This document shows, piece by piece, positions 18,217 through 26,361 of a stretch of DNA of 48,774 nt. Every line of letters starts with the position of its first letter. Position 1 is the stretch's first letter. This DNA is from a virus. Lineage: Duplodnaviria > Heunggongvirae > Uroviricota > Caudoviricetes. Made by a program: the position numbers and the translations under genes. The notes below the pieces were generated by a model that did not search any database, had not been told where the DNA came from, and worked only from the letters and a program-made list of their open reading frames with translations. The stretch lies in IMG/VR virus record IMGVR_UViG_2909267149_000001, one strand, 5' to 3'.

Positions 18217-18340
18217 TACCGCCTGTGATTGGGTAAAGCCCATCTACCTGACTGATCACGATATCGATGTTATGGACCGCCAGACAAAGAAAGATATTCT
18301 GGCTCATAACAGGGCATGGGAAATCAACTGTCCAAAGTAA
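18131..18340 (+). CDS. o-spanin (Rz1-like lipoprotein), overlapping the i-spanin in another frame
   Basis: Signal peptide with lipobox-like LIASC; start embedded in the i-spanin gene. Confidence 0.55.
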   Translation: MYSRVLTIWLMTMLIASCGSRGSVPVVVDTACDWVKPIYLTDHDIDVMDRQTKKDILAHNRAWEINCPK

Positions 18341-18509
18341 TATATATTTCTATAATTATATAAATATATAGTTACAACATTCTATGCGCTTTTCTCATTA
18401 GCGCATGCATCAACCATGTTTGTCTGATATGCCGCCGCGCCCAAAAATCCTGAATTTATTGGCTGGGATTTTCGTGCGCGGCGCCACACCAGACAAACAG
18501 ATCAAATAT

Positions 18510-18585
18510 GGCCCCTTAGCTCAGTGGTTAGAGCAGGCGACTCATAATCGCACGGTCATCGGTTCAAATCCGGTAGGGGCCACCA
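18510..18585 (+). tRNA. tRNA with anticodon CAU (tRNA-Ile2-like or tRNA-Met), 76 nt with encoded CCA
   Basis: Cloverleaf: acceptor GGCCCCT/AGGGGCC, D-arm AGCTCAGTGGTTAGAGC, anticodon loop CTCATAA, T-arm GGTTCAAATCC; close to E. coli ileX from memory. Confidence 0.85.
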
Positions 18586-18793
18586 ATTCACTCTCACACA
18601 TAAAGATAAGCGCGGTGGAGTTACTTCCTTCGTGCTCATCTTTATGCGTGCCTGGTGCGCATTTCGGGCGAACGTGGGGCTAAGTTACAGGCAGGGCCTG
18701 TTATCCGCAAAGGGGTAAAAGCTGGAGCGGCGCGGAACTGTAGCCGTGTTACCAAAACAGCGTTGTCGGGCGATATCCGGCACACAACAGGCA

Positions 18794-18826
18794 AGGGCAT
18801 TAATCAGTCTGGTTAGTGCCCTTTTC
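18794..18826 (+). terminator. Terminator-like hairpin
   Basis: gggcattaa...ttagtgccc hairpin followed by tttt. Confidence 0.4.
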
Positions 18827-18893
18827 GTTGTGTTTGCTGTAGAGCTGGCCAGCGTTATGACTGCCGGAGATAAGCGCCGGAGGCACAACTAAC

Positions 18894-19481
18894 ATGGAGG
18901 CAATTGCATTGTTTAATCTGATTTATGCAGATCCCCCCTGGGAATACAAAGACAAGTGTAAGGATGGGAATCGTGGAGCTGGTTTTAAGTATCCAACGAT
19001 GAAAGCTGAGGAGATTGCTCGTATTCCTGTCTGGCAGCTTGCTAATCCTGAATCGTGTTTGTTGGCCATGTGGTGGGTTCCGACTCAGCCAGAAGAAGCG
19101 TTGCTGGTGGTGAAAGCATGGGGATTCAGGCTGATGACCATGAAGGGCTTCACATGGAACAAATGTGGTAGCCGACAGCCAGATAAGCTGGTGATGGGGA
19201 TGGGGCATATGACTCGTGCGAACAGTGAAGATTGCTTGTTTGCGGTAAAAGGCAAACTGCCGACTCGCCTTGATGCGGGGATCATTCAGTCGTTTACATC
19301 GCCTCGTCTGGAACATTCACGGAAGCCTGATGTGGTTCGTGACAAGCTGGTAAGACTGTTAGGTGATGTTCCTCGTATTGAGCTGTTTGCTCGCGGTGAT
19401 TTACCTGATGGCTGGCATGGCTGGGGCAACCAGTGCAACGGAGGTATCCAGTTGCATGATGCTCTCTGGCAAGTGTCATAG
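18894..19481 (+). CDS. DNA N6-adenine methyltransferase, MT-A70 family
   Basis: Catalytic DPPW motif (YADPPWEY) near the N-terminus. Confidence 0.75.
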   Translation: MEAIALFNLIYADPPWEYKDKCKDGNRGAGFKYPTMKAEEIARIPVWQLANPESCLLAMWWVPTQPEEALLVVKAWGFRLMTMKGFTWNKCGSRQPDKLVMGMGHMTRANSEDCLFAVKGKLPTRLDAGIIQSFTSPRLEHSRKPDVVRDKLVRLLGDVPRIELFARGDLPDGWHGWGNQCNGGIQLHDALWQVS

Positions 19482-19593
19482 AATTATATAATTATAGATT
19501 TATATAAAAAGTGCTTTACAGGTGGGAAAAAATTTCCTAAGGTTATAACCGAAACCGAGCGATACCCGCCCTGGTTAAACCGGAGATAACCCG
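19477..19593 (+). promoter_or_regulatory. Repeated promoter-leader element, copy C
   Basis: Near-identical to copies A and B; begins at the MTase stop codon and ends at the ATG of the 19594 ORF. Confidence 0.6.
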
Positions 19594-19863
19594 ATGAAAG
19601 TACAAGACCGTGAAGTAGTAAAAAACCTCCTGCAATACCTGACCTCAAAAAACCTGACTGGCAGCGTTGAGTTCCGTGAAGCGTTAAAACATTTCAACGT
19701 CACTACGGTTTATCGTTGGGAAAACAAACATTCTGAAAGACCGTATGTGGTGGATGTTTTTGCGCCTGATATTGAGTGCGGTTTTGAGCGCCATTCATTC
19801 AAAAAGAAACATTCCGCTGATGTTTTTTGTGAGGTTGTATGTGCGGCAGGAGATGATGAGTGA
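19594..19863 (+). CDS. Hypothetical protein
   Basis: 89-aa ORF directly behind promoter-leader copy C. Confidence 0.45.
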   Translation: MKVQDREVVKNLLQYLTSKNLTGSVEFREALKHFNVTTVYRWENKHSERPYVVDVFAPDIECGFERHSFKKKHSADVFCEVVCAAGDDE

Positions 19864-20060
19864 TGCGTATTTCCTTCAAACGTGCGACTGAGCAGCAACG
19901 CAAAGAGTTCCTGGCTGATGATGTAGCGGCCGTTTATGACCTCATGAAAGAGGTTGTGGAATCAGGGAACTACACGGCGGCAAAGATGCTTAAACTGCAA
20001 TTCTTGCTGGGCGACCTGAAATACAAATCCGAAGTTGTCGCCGGACGACGCGAGCATTAA
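19860..20060 (+). CDS. Hypothetical protein
   Basis: 66-aa ORF overlapping the upstream stop by 4 nt. Confidence 0.4.
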   Translation: MMRISFKRATEQQRKEFLADDVAAVYDLMKEVVESGNYTAAKMLKLQFLLGDLKYKSEVVAGRREH

Positions 20061-20082
20061 ACCGTAACGATAACGAACAACG

Positions 20083-20110
20083 AGCCTCGGCAATTGCCGG
20101 GGCTTTTTTA
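20083..20110 (+). terminator. Terminator-like hairpin
   Basis: gcctcggcaattgccggggc followed by T6. Confidence 0.45.
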
Positions 20111-20134
20111 CATCCAGACAAAGGAGAACATGGG

Positions 20135-20590
20135 ATGCCTTCGACAAGCACCAAAAAAGAAATGGCGATTAGTGATGTGCTTTACGCGCTTTCGATTATG
20201 TGTGACGGAGCAATGATGAGGATGAAAGTCCTCCATGAAGCATACGGAAAAAGTCACGATGAGGCAGCCAAAGAGTGCCTGAATGAGATTGTGGACTTCC
20301 TTGATAGTTATCGGTCGCTGATAGCTCTCGATAACCAGCCGCAAGCCGAAGAATGCCAGAAGCGCGAGTATAAAACGATATATGGGAATAAGTTCTCCTG
20401 TCTAAGCGAGTTGGCTGCAAAGGTGGCCGACATTCTGGAGAACAACGGCGGTCGAATGCGTCAGGTTAGCTATCTGGCTGAATATGAATCTCTAATCATG
20501 TTAGTTGATTATTTAGTTGATACCGGAGCTTTACAGCTCAACTGCGTAAGGCTATCTGGTCATCCGATAAAAATGAATGGAAGGATATAA
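20135..20590 (+). CDS. Hypothetical protein
   Basis: 151-aa ORF with AGGAGA RBS. Confidence 0.45.
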   Translation: MPSTSTKKEMAISDVLYALSIMCDGAMMRMKVLHEAYGKSHDEAAKECLNEIVDFLDSYRSLIALDNQPQAEECQKREYKTIYGNKFSCLSELAAKVADILENNGGRMRQVSYLAEYESLIMLVDYLVDTGALQLNCVRLSGHPIKMNGRI

Positions 20591-20592
20591 CC

Positions 20593-20799
20593 GTGGACTT
20601 GCCGAGTGATTTGTTCTGGTTTCCGCTTCCAATAAGAGATTTGTTGGTATTTCTGGCTGGCGCTTACGTCTGGAGAAAAGCGAAAGACACCTCGTTATCT
20701 TTGAGGTTTGTTTTAGCTATATCGGTAGGAACCGCGCTGGGGACGGCGTATCTCTTGACATTACTGGAGATATTCATTGAAGAATGGATAGTTTCATGA
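20593..20799 (+). CDS. Small hydrophobic protein
   Basis: 68-aa ORF with hydrophobic segments. Confidence 0.3.
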   Translation: MDLPSDLFWFPLPIRDLLVFLAGAYVWRKAKDTSLSLRFVLAISVGTALGTAYLLTLLEIFIEEWIVS

Positions 20800-20960
20800 A
20801 TGGTGTTGGCATTTTTCTGATGGTTGTGGCCGTGTGTTTTTGTATCTCGCTGGTGGTTATTGCTGGTGTCCTGTGGCGCATCTTAGTGGCGCAGAGAGCT
20901 TTTCGGCGTAAGCGGGAGCAATTGCGGTCAGGGTGCGTTTCATTCAAGTCAATGAGATAG
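20796..20960 (+). CDS. Small membrane protein (54 aa, below the ORF-track cut-off)
   Basis: ATG at 20796 overlapping the upstream stop; MNGVGIFLMVVAVCFCISLVVIAGVLW hydrophobic helix then basic tail. Confidence 0.3.
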   Translation: MNGVGIFLMVVAVCFCISLVVIAGVLWRILVAQRAFRRKREQLRSGCVSFKSMR

Positions 20961-20976
20961 ATGTAGGGTTATTTAT

Positions 20977-21690
20977 ATGATGCATTTAAAAAATATCAGT
21001 GCGCCGCTTATTGATCCCCGCGGCAAACATCCAGATGTGCTACCGCTTTTTACTGAAGACGGAAGAAATTGGTATGAGGAGCAGAAGAAATTTCAGCCTC
21101 ACACTTTAAAGATGATGTATGACAATAACGGCATTATCCGCAGTGTTTCGAAAGATGTATCGTTGCTTTGCCCGGATGGGATGAGTGTTATTGAGTTACC
21201 TGATACCGATGAGTATCGAAAAGTAGATAACACAGGTGATTGGCTCGTCAAAGATGTTCAAATTGTGAAGCGTGAAGGTCCAGAGCAGCGAGAAAACTCA
21301 CCGATATCTATTGGTGCAGAGTCTGTTCCGTTTAAGTTTGAATTATCCCAACTGGTAACAATGCGTATCAGTGACGAATGGGGAGAAGTTCAAGCCCGTG
21401 CTCAGTATGCAAATGGCGAAAACCAGTATCTGATTCACTATCAGGCGGCTGATGGCCGTGCTACTACAGAGTGGTTCGGTGAGTCGATGCTGATTGCGAT
21501 GGAGGATAAACGTCATCCTGGCTGTCCTGTTTTTGCCTGTATTGATCTGCCAGAAGGCGCGGTACTTGAAGACGACAAAGAAGAATGGTCGCCTGATGGC
21601 GAACTTGTCATTACCGGAATCGTGGATGGTAAGCCGAGATACTCTCGCATTGAGGTAAATAACGGCCACATCTGTTTGATACCAGAGTAA
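20977..21690 (+). CDS. Tail-fibre-assembly-chaperone-like protein (third paralog, extended C-terminus)
   Basis: N-terminus MMHLKNI...NWYEEQKKFQP...LKMMYD matches the two chaperones at 45707 and 46796. Confidence 0.5.
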   Translation: MMHLKNISAPLIDPRGKHPDVLPLFTEDGRNWYEEQKKFQPHTLKMMYDNNGIIRSVSKDVSLLCPDGMSVIELPDTDEYRKVDNTGDWLVKDVQIVKREGPEQRENSPISIGAESVPFKFELSQLVTMRISDEWGEVQARAQYANGENQYLIHYQAADGRATTEWFGESMLIAMEDKRHPGCPVFACIDLPEGAVLEDDKEEWSPDGELVITGIVDGKPRYSRIEVNNGHICLIPE

Positions 21691-21924
21691 CGCATTACAG
21701 CAGCTCTTGTGCTTATCAGGGGCTGCGATAATGCGCAAACCAAAGCTGCCTCATTAACTCCAGCTCATTGTGGAGTTAATGCTGGTGGCTTTTTTATTAC
21801 TGGAAGGTGGGCGACCGCCGTCAGTTGCGACCTGACGACAGTCATTCATACCCACAGGGTGCCGTGGATACAAACCGAGGCCCACTTGCTTGCACAAGCG
21901 AGGGGATTTTAGCGGATAAACGGC

Positions 21925-22548
21925 ATGACAAAACAACTTAATGTGGTTTCTTTACCACTTTCTGTGTTGATTGGTTATGAAAAGAACGCTCGCACACACT
22001 CCGTGGAGCAGGTAGATCAGATTGTTGCCAGCATACAGGAGTACGGATGGACTAATCCGATCCTGATAGACGAGAACAACGTTGTAATTGCTGGTCATGG
22101 TCGAATTGCTGCGGCCACTCAGTTGGGGATGGATGATGTTCCCTGCATTGTTCTGGCTGGGCTAACGGAGAATCAGAAGAAGGCATATCGTCTGGCCGAC
22201 AACCGTATTCCGCTGAATGCTGGTTGGGATGAAGAGTTGTTAAGCGCGGAGCTTGCAGATCTTGCGGCCGATGATTTTGCTCTGGACTCAATTGGTTTTA
22301 CTCAGCGCGAACTGGATAACTTATTGAGTGTGGCGGTCTACGATGACACAGAAGGTATGGATATCCCATTTGAGAAGGATGAGGCCAAATCAGGCGTAAA
22401 AGTTCAGTACCTGTCATTTGGAGGTCATAAAATCCCGGCAACGGATGAGGAAGCGGATCGTTTTGACTGCGCGGTGTCTCGTTATGTTGATGATAATGGC
22501 AGCTATATCGGATTTGTATCCGCATTGCTGGCTGGGGAGGTGTGCTGA
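21925..22548 (+). CDS. ParB N-terminal-domain (ParB/Srx-like) protein
   Basis: ParB-N-like motifs including GHGR; paralogous to the 25215 ORF. Confidence 0.55.
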   Translation: MTKQLNVVSLPLSVLIGYEKNARTHSVEQVDQIVASIQEYGWTNPILIDENNVVIAGHGRIAAATQLGMDDVPCIVLAGLTENQKKAYRLADNRIPLNAGWDEELLSAELADLAADDFALDSIGFTQRELDNLLSVAVYDDTEGMDIPFEKDEAKSGVKVQYLSFGGHKIPATDEEADRFDCAVSRYVDDNGSYIGFVSALLAGEVC

Positions 22549-23921
22549 TGCTTCACCTCAATTACGACATAACGCACCTACGCGGCGCGGAATATAACCC
22601 GCGTTTTATCGGTGAGGATGATCTTGCGAGGCTGGCGGAAAGCGTCAGGGAGCTGGGGCTTGTGAAGCCATTGATAGTGCGCGGCGATTTGCTGGTGGCG
22701 GGACACCAAAGGACGAAGGCGCTACGTAAATTGGGAATAACGCGTGCTGCGGTGTATGTGTTGCCCTGTGAAACGACGGTATACGACGAAGTACGGTTTA
22801 ACCAACTGCATAACGGAACGGATTTTGATAGCGGAGATGAGCGTTGCAGGGTGTCCGGTCTGGAAGATAAGCATGGTTTTGTTCAGGTATCGGCAAGCCA
22901 GATCTCAGGCAATATGCGCGCGAAAATGGCATATGTTCGAAAGAACATAGCGGAACTGGTTATCAAGTATGGTCCGTGGGGTGGTTGTGTTGCTACTCAG
23001 TCTGGTGAGGTTATTCACTGTGCTCAGTATGCATTAGCAGCGAAAATGACGCGCACACCGCTAACGGTGTTTGTGATCCCTGATGTTGAGAAGGAAAAAT
23101 ACCAAAGTTATCTGAATAAAACTTATGGTGTATTTGAGTATTCTCATCTGGAGAAAACAACATACATCCAGACGTATGCGCAGCTTATGCGGTTGCGTAA
23201 TGGTGGCAGCCTGAAATCAAATCTGTATGAGTCGTTGATCCTCCCGATCATTGCCAAGACGCCAAGAGGAATTGATTTTGGTTCGGGGCAGGGAGACTAC
23301 GCGCGAATGCTCAGGGCAAAGGGATATAACCTGCATGATCTCGAGCTTTTCCGCCGTAAGGGCGCTGGAAACACTCTGGATAGGGCTGCAACAAACCGAA
23401 TGATTGATACGCTGGTGGACGACTTAAAAACGCGAGGGCGTTACGACTACGTGATTTGCGATAGCGTTTTGAACTCGGTCGATAGTGTCGAGGCTGAATG
23501 GTCCGTTCTGACGGTTCTGAAAGGCCTGTGTAAAGCTGGTGGGTCAATATTCTTTTCTGGTCGTAGCCGTGGAGAGCTGGAAACAGTCCTGAAGCAAACA
23601 CAAGCGGCGAGTTCCAAAAGCCGGCTTTATTTTATTGATCATAACGGTTTTACCGCGTTGTACCGGAAGGGGCACTGGTTTTACCAGAAGTTTCACTCTG
23701 ATGATGAAGTGAAGCAGTTGTGTCGTGTACATGGTTTCAGGATTAAGCGGTCAATATTCAACTGTAAGAGCTGGTATTTGCACGTCATTAACGATGATTC
23801 CCTTAGTTGGGCGAGTCTGGAGAAAGCTGTTCGTTTTGAGTTTGAGTTGCCGTTGCCTGGTGGTTCAACAATCGGACGATCTGATGATGTGCTGGCGGCT
23901 TTCCGGCCGTTGATTAAGTAG
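22548..23921 (+). CDS. ParB-N-domain protein fused to a class-I SAM-dependent methyltransferase-like domain
   Basis: N-terminal ParB-like region (GHQR); C-terminal motif I IDFGSGQGD, acidic residue after beta-2 (LHDLE), YDYVICDSVLN and LKGLCKAGGSIFF motifs; no DPPY/DPPW-type motif seen. Confidence 0.55.
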   Translation: MLHLNYDITHLRGAEYNPRFIGEDDLARLAESVRELGLVKPLIVRGDLLVAGHQRTKALRKLGITRAAVYVLPCETTVYDEVRFNQLHNGTDFDSGDERCRVSGLEDKHGFVQVSASQISGNMRAKMAYVRKNIAELVIKYGPWGGCVATQSGEVIHCAQYALAAKMTRTPLTVFVIPDVEKEKYQSYLNKTYGVFEYSHLEKTTYIQTYAQLMRLRNGGSLKSNLYESLILPIIAKTPRGIDFGSGQGDYARMLRAKGYNLHDLELFRRKGAGNTLDRAATNRMIDTLVDDLKTRGRYDYVICDSVLNSVDSVEAEWSVLTVLKGLCKAGGSIFFSGRSRGELETVLKQTQAASSKSRLYFIDHNGFTALYRKGHWFYQKFHSDDEVKQLCRVHGFRIKRSIFNCKSWYLHVINDDSLSWASLEKAVRFEFELPLPGGSTIGRSDDVLAAFRPLIK

Positions 23922-23937
23922 TGTGTAGGAGGCGCTG

Positions 23938-24657
23938 GTGGCTGACAGAATTGAGATAAAGATGGATTTTTCTTCTCAGGATATTCAACGACAACTCCAG
24001 CGCCTTGAAGAACGCGAATTGCCGTTCGCAATGGCGCTTGCGGCAACCAGAACGGCAAAGGCTTCTCAGGCTGCGATTAAGAATGAAATTAATCGGGTAT
24101 TTGACAGGCCCACGCCGTGGATTCAGAACTCTACTTACGTTTTGGCCGCAAAGAAGAGTGATCCTACAGCCATTGTGTATGCTCGTGAATGGGGAGGAAC
24201 GCCAGCCCCTGTAACGTTGACTCCGCAAATCGAAGGTGGCCAACGACAGTACAAACGCTCAGAAGGGGCGCTAAGGGCTGGTGGATATTTGCCTAACGGC
24301 TGGCAGCTTGCTCCTGGTCCCGGCGCAAAGCTGGACAAATACGGGAATATTTCGCGGGGGCAATTACAGCAGGTCTTATCTGGCCTAAGAGTTCAGCGAG
24401 ATGCGCATCAAAATCGCCGTCAGGGCAAGTCTACGGAGTTTTTTGTTGTTCGACCTGGTACAAGTAACCCGCTTCAACCAGGCGTCTGGCAGCGCGTTGG
24501 GCGGCGTCCTACGTTGATCCTTACGTTTATCCAGCAACCTAACTATTCGCAGCGTCTTGATTGGCATGGCGTGGCGCTGCGTGCTGGTGAGGATGCGTTT
24601 GCTGATGAAGTCACAAAGGCTATTGATGACATTCTTTCTAAGACCTTCTCTCGTTAA
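23938..24657 (+). CDS. Hypothetical protein
   Basis: 239-aa ORF with AGGAGG RBS before GTG start. Confidence 0.45.
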   Translation: MADRIEIKMDFSSQDIQRQLQRLEERELPFAMALAATRTAKASQAAIKNEINRVFDRPTPWIQNSTYVLAAKKSDPTAIVYAREWGGTPAPVTLTPQIEGGQRQYKRSEGALRAGGYLPNGWQLAPGPGAKLDKYGNISRGQLQQVLSGLRVQRDAHQNRRQGKSTEFFVVRPGTSNPLQPGVWQRVGRRPTLILTFIQQPNYSQRLDWHGVALRAGEDAFADEVTKAIDDILSKTFSR

Positions 24658-25214
24658 TCATCGTGTGGTTGATGGTGTTGTTATGCAGAGTGTATTCACT
24701 GTGTTCTGTAGCGTCGCTCGCTGGCTGTCTGTGGGGGAGCACGAGCATCGTTTCATCGTCCGGCAGAATTGGGTCCTTCTGGCCAAAAGCGTTGGATGCG
24801 GGTCATTCGAACCCCGATGTTCGGCTAGCTAAACGTGAAAAAAGTTAGGTTAAAAGTTGCGGTAAAAGAAATTTACTCATCTCATTGAAAAATATCGGGA
24901 AAACGTGATTTTTTGCTGTATTTGTGCTGGTAAAAAGAAAGTAGAAAATTTTCTTTTAGATCATCAAGATACGCGCAGATCTTTAACCAATGTGATGTTG
25001 TTCTGATAAAAATCGTTATAAATCATGCAAATACATCCAATCTTTTAACCAAAACACCATCTCAAGATCCTTTTTACTTATAAAAACTTAATAAAATCAG
25101 ATGATTATGCTGGTTTGTGTGATTTTTTATGAGTAAAAAGATCGTCATTTTTCTCTTTTAGTATCAATAAGTTAAACAGTTTTCTTTAACCTGTTGTGTT
25201 ATGGCGGTTAAAAA

Positions 25215-25805
25215 ATGGCTCTAAAAATCGAATATTTACCAGTCGGTAAGCTGCTCAGATACGCCAAAAATTCACGGACTCATTCAGATGAGCAGGTTGA
25301 ACAGTTGGTGAACAGTATCCGTGAGTTCGGTTTCACTAATCCTGTGCTGATCGATGAAAAGAATGAACTGATTGCGGGGCATGGTCGGCTTGCAGCAGCC
25401 GAAATTCTGGAAATGGATAAAGTTCCGGCGATTCGGTTGAGTAACCTTTCTGAAAAACAGAAGAAGGCTTACAGGATTGCAGATAACAAGCTGGCCTTAA
25501 ATGCTGGCTGGGATATGCAGCTTCTGGCCGAAGAAGTCAAAGAGTTAATGGATGATGATTTTGATATTGATCTGCTTGGGTTTAATGATGCAGAGCTTGA
25601 CGAAATGTTAAGCGATGAACAGCCGCAGGAAGAAGACGATAATTCTTCCCCTGTTGTTCAAATTAAGTACCTGTCTATTGATAAAGAACGTATTCCCGCG
25701 ACGGATATGGAAATTGCATTGTTGCTGGATGTTTATCGTCAGTACCACGACGCGCATGAAACGCATGAGGGATTTGTTCAGTATCTTGCTAATGGTTGCA
25801 AGTAA
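25215..25805 (+). CDS. ParB N-terminal-domain protein (paralog of the 21925 ORF)
   Basis: Shares extended blocks with the 21925 product (NPxLIDE, IAGHGR, QKKAYRxADN, LNAGWD); acidic C-terminus. Confidence 0.55.
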   Translation: MALKIEYLPVGKLLRYAKNSRTHSDEQVEQLVNSIREFGFTNPVLIDEKNELIAGHGRLAAAEILEMDKVPAIRLSNLSEKQKKAYRIADNKLALNAGWDMQLLAEEVKELMDDDFDIDLLGFNDAELDEMLSDEQPQEEDDNSSPVVQIKYLSIDKERIPATDMEIALLLDVYRQYHDAHETHEGFVQYLANGCK

Positions 25806-26356
25806 TGGCCATCGTCAGTAAGTCAGAGTTTGCTCGCCGGAAAGGTATTTCTCCGGCAATGGTTACGAAGCTCTGTCGTTCCGGTCGCATTCCAGTGCTG
25901 AAAAGCGGCAAGCTGGATTTTGATAAAGCCAGTGCGGCTTATGAAGCGAGCCGACAGGTTGGTCGTGAGGTATCTGCTGAAAATGGAAAAAGAGGGCATG
26001 GGATATCTTCGGAACAACCAGAGTTACCCGCTGATGATGCCGGATTAGCTGGTGGTACTTCCGGTGTTGCGGTGCAATTCAACAAGGCTAAGACCGCAGA
26101 AAAAATTTATCAGGCAAAGCTGAAACGCCTTGAATTTGAAGAAAAGGAAGGCTCTCTCATCGCTAAAGATGCGGTCAGGGATGATGCATTTCTGGCAGCT
26201 AATGAATTGCGTAGCCGCTTATTTAGTATTGCTCCAAGAGCAGCTCCCCGTTGTGAAGGCAAAACAGCCAGGGAGATCGAACGCATTATTGAAGACGAGA
26301 TTAATTTTGCGCTTCAGGCGCTCCAGGAATCCCGATTTATTAAGCAGGAAGAATAA
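25805..26356 (+). CDS. Putative terminase small subunit (HTH N-terminus)
   Basis: Position immediately upstream of the large terminase; N-terminal HTH-like segment; TAATG overlap with upstream gene. Confidence 0.45.
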   Translation: MAIVSKSEFARRKGISPAMVTKLCRSGRIPVLKSGKLDFDKASAAYEASRQVGREVSAENGKRGHGISSEQPELPADDAGLAGGTSGVAVQFNKAKTAEKIYQAKLKRLEFEEKEGSLIAKDAVRDDAFLAANELRSRLFSIAPRAAPRCEGKTAREIERIIEDEINFALQALQESRFIKQEE

Positions 26357-26361
26357 ACCTC

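Noticed and set aside
18405-18683. 92-aa ORF
   Set aside because: It spans the tRNA gene at 18510-18585; the tRNA explains the sequence.
2993-19593. Possibility that the triplicated element is a CRISPR array or MITE
   Set aside because: Copies are 7-9 kb apart, each abuts a gene start and contains promoter and SD features; there are no short regular spacers or terminal inverted repeats.
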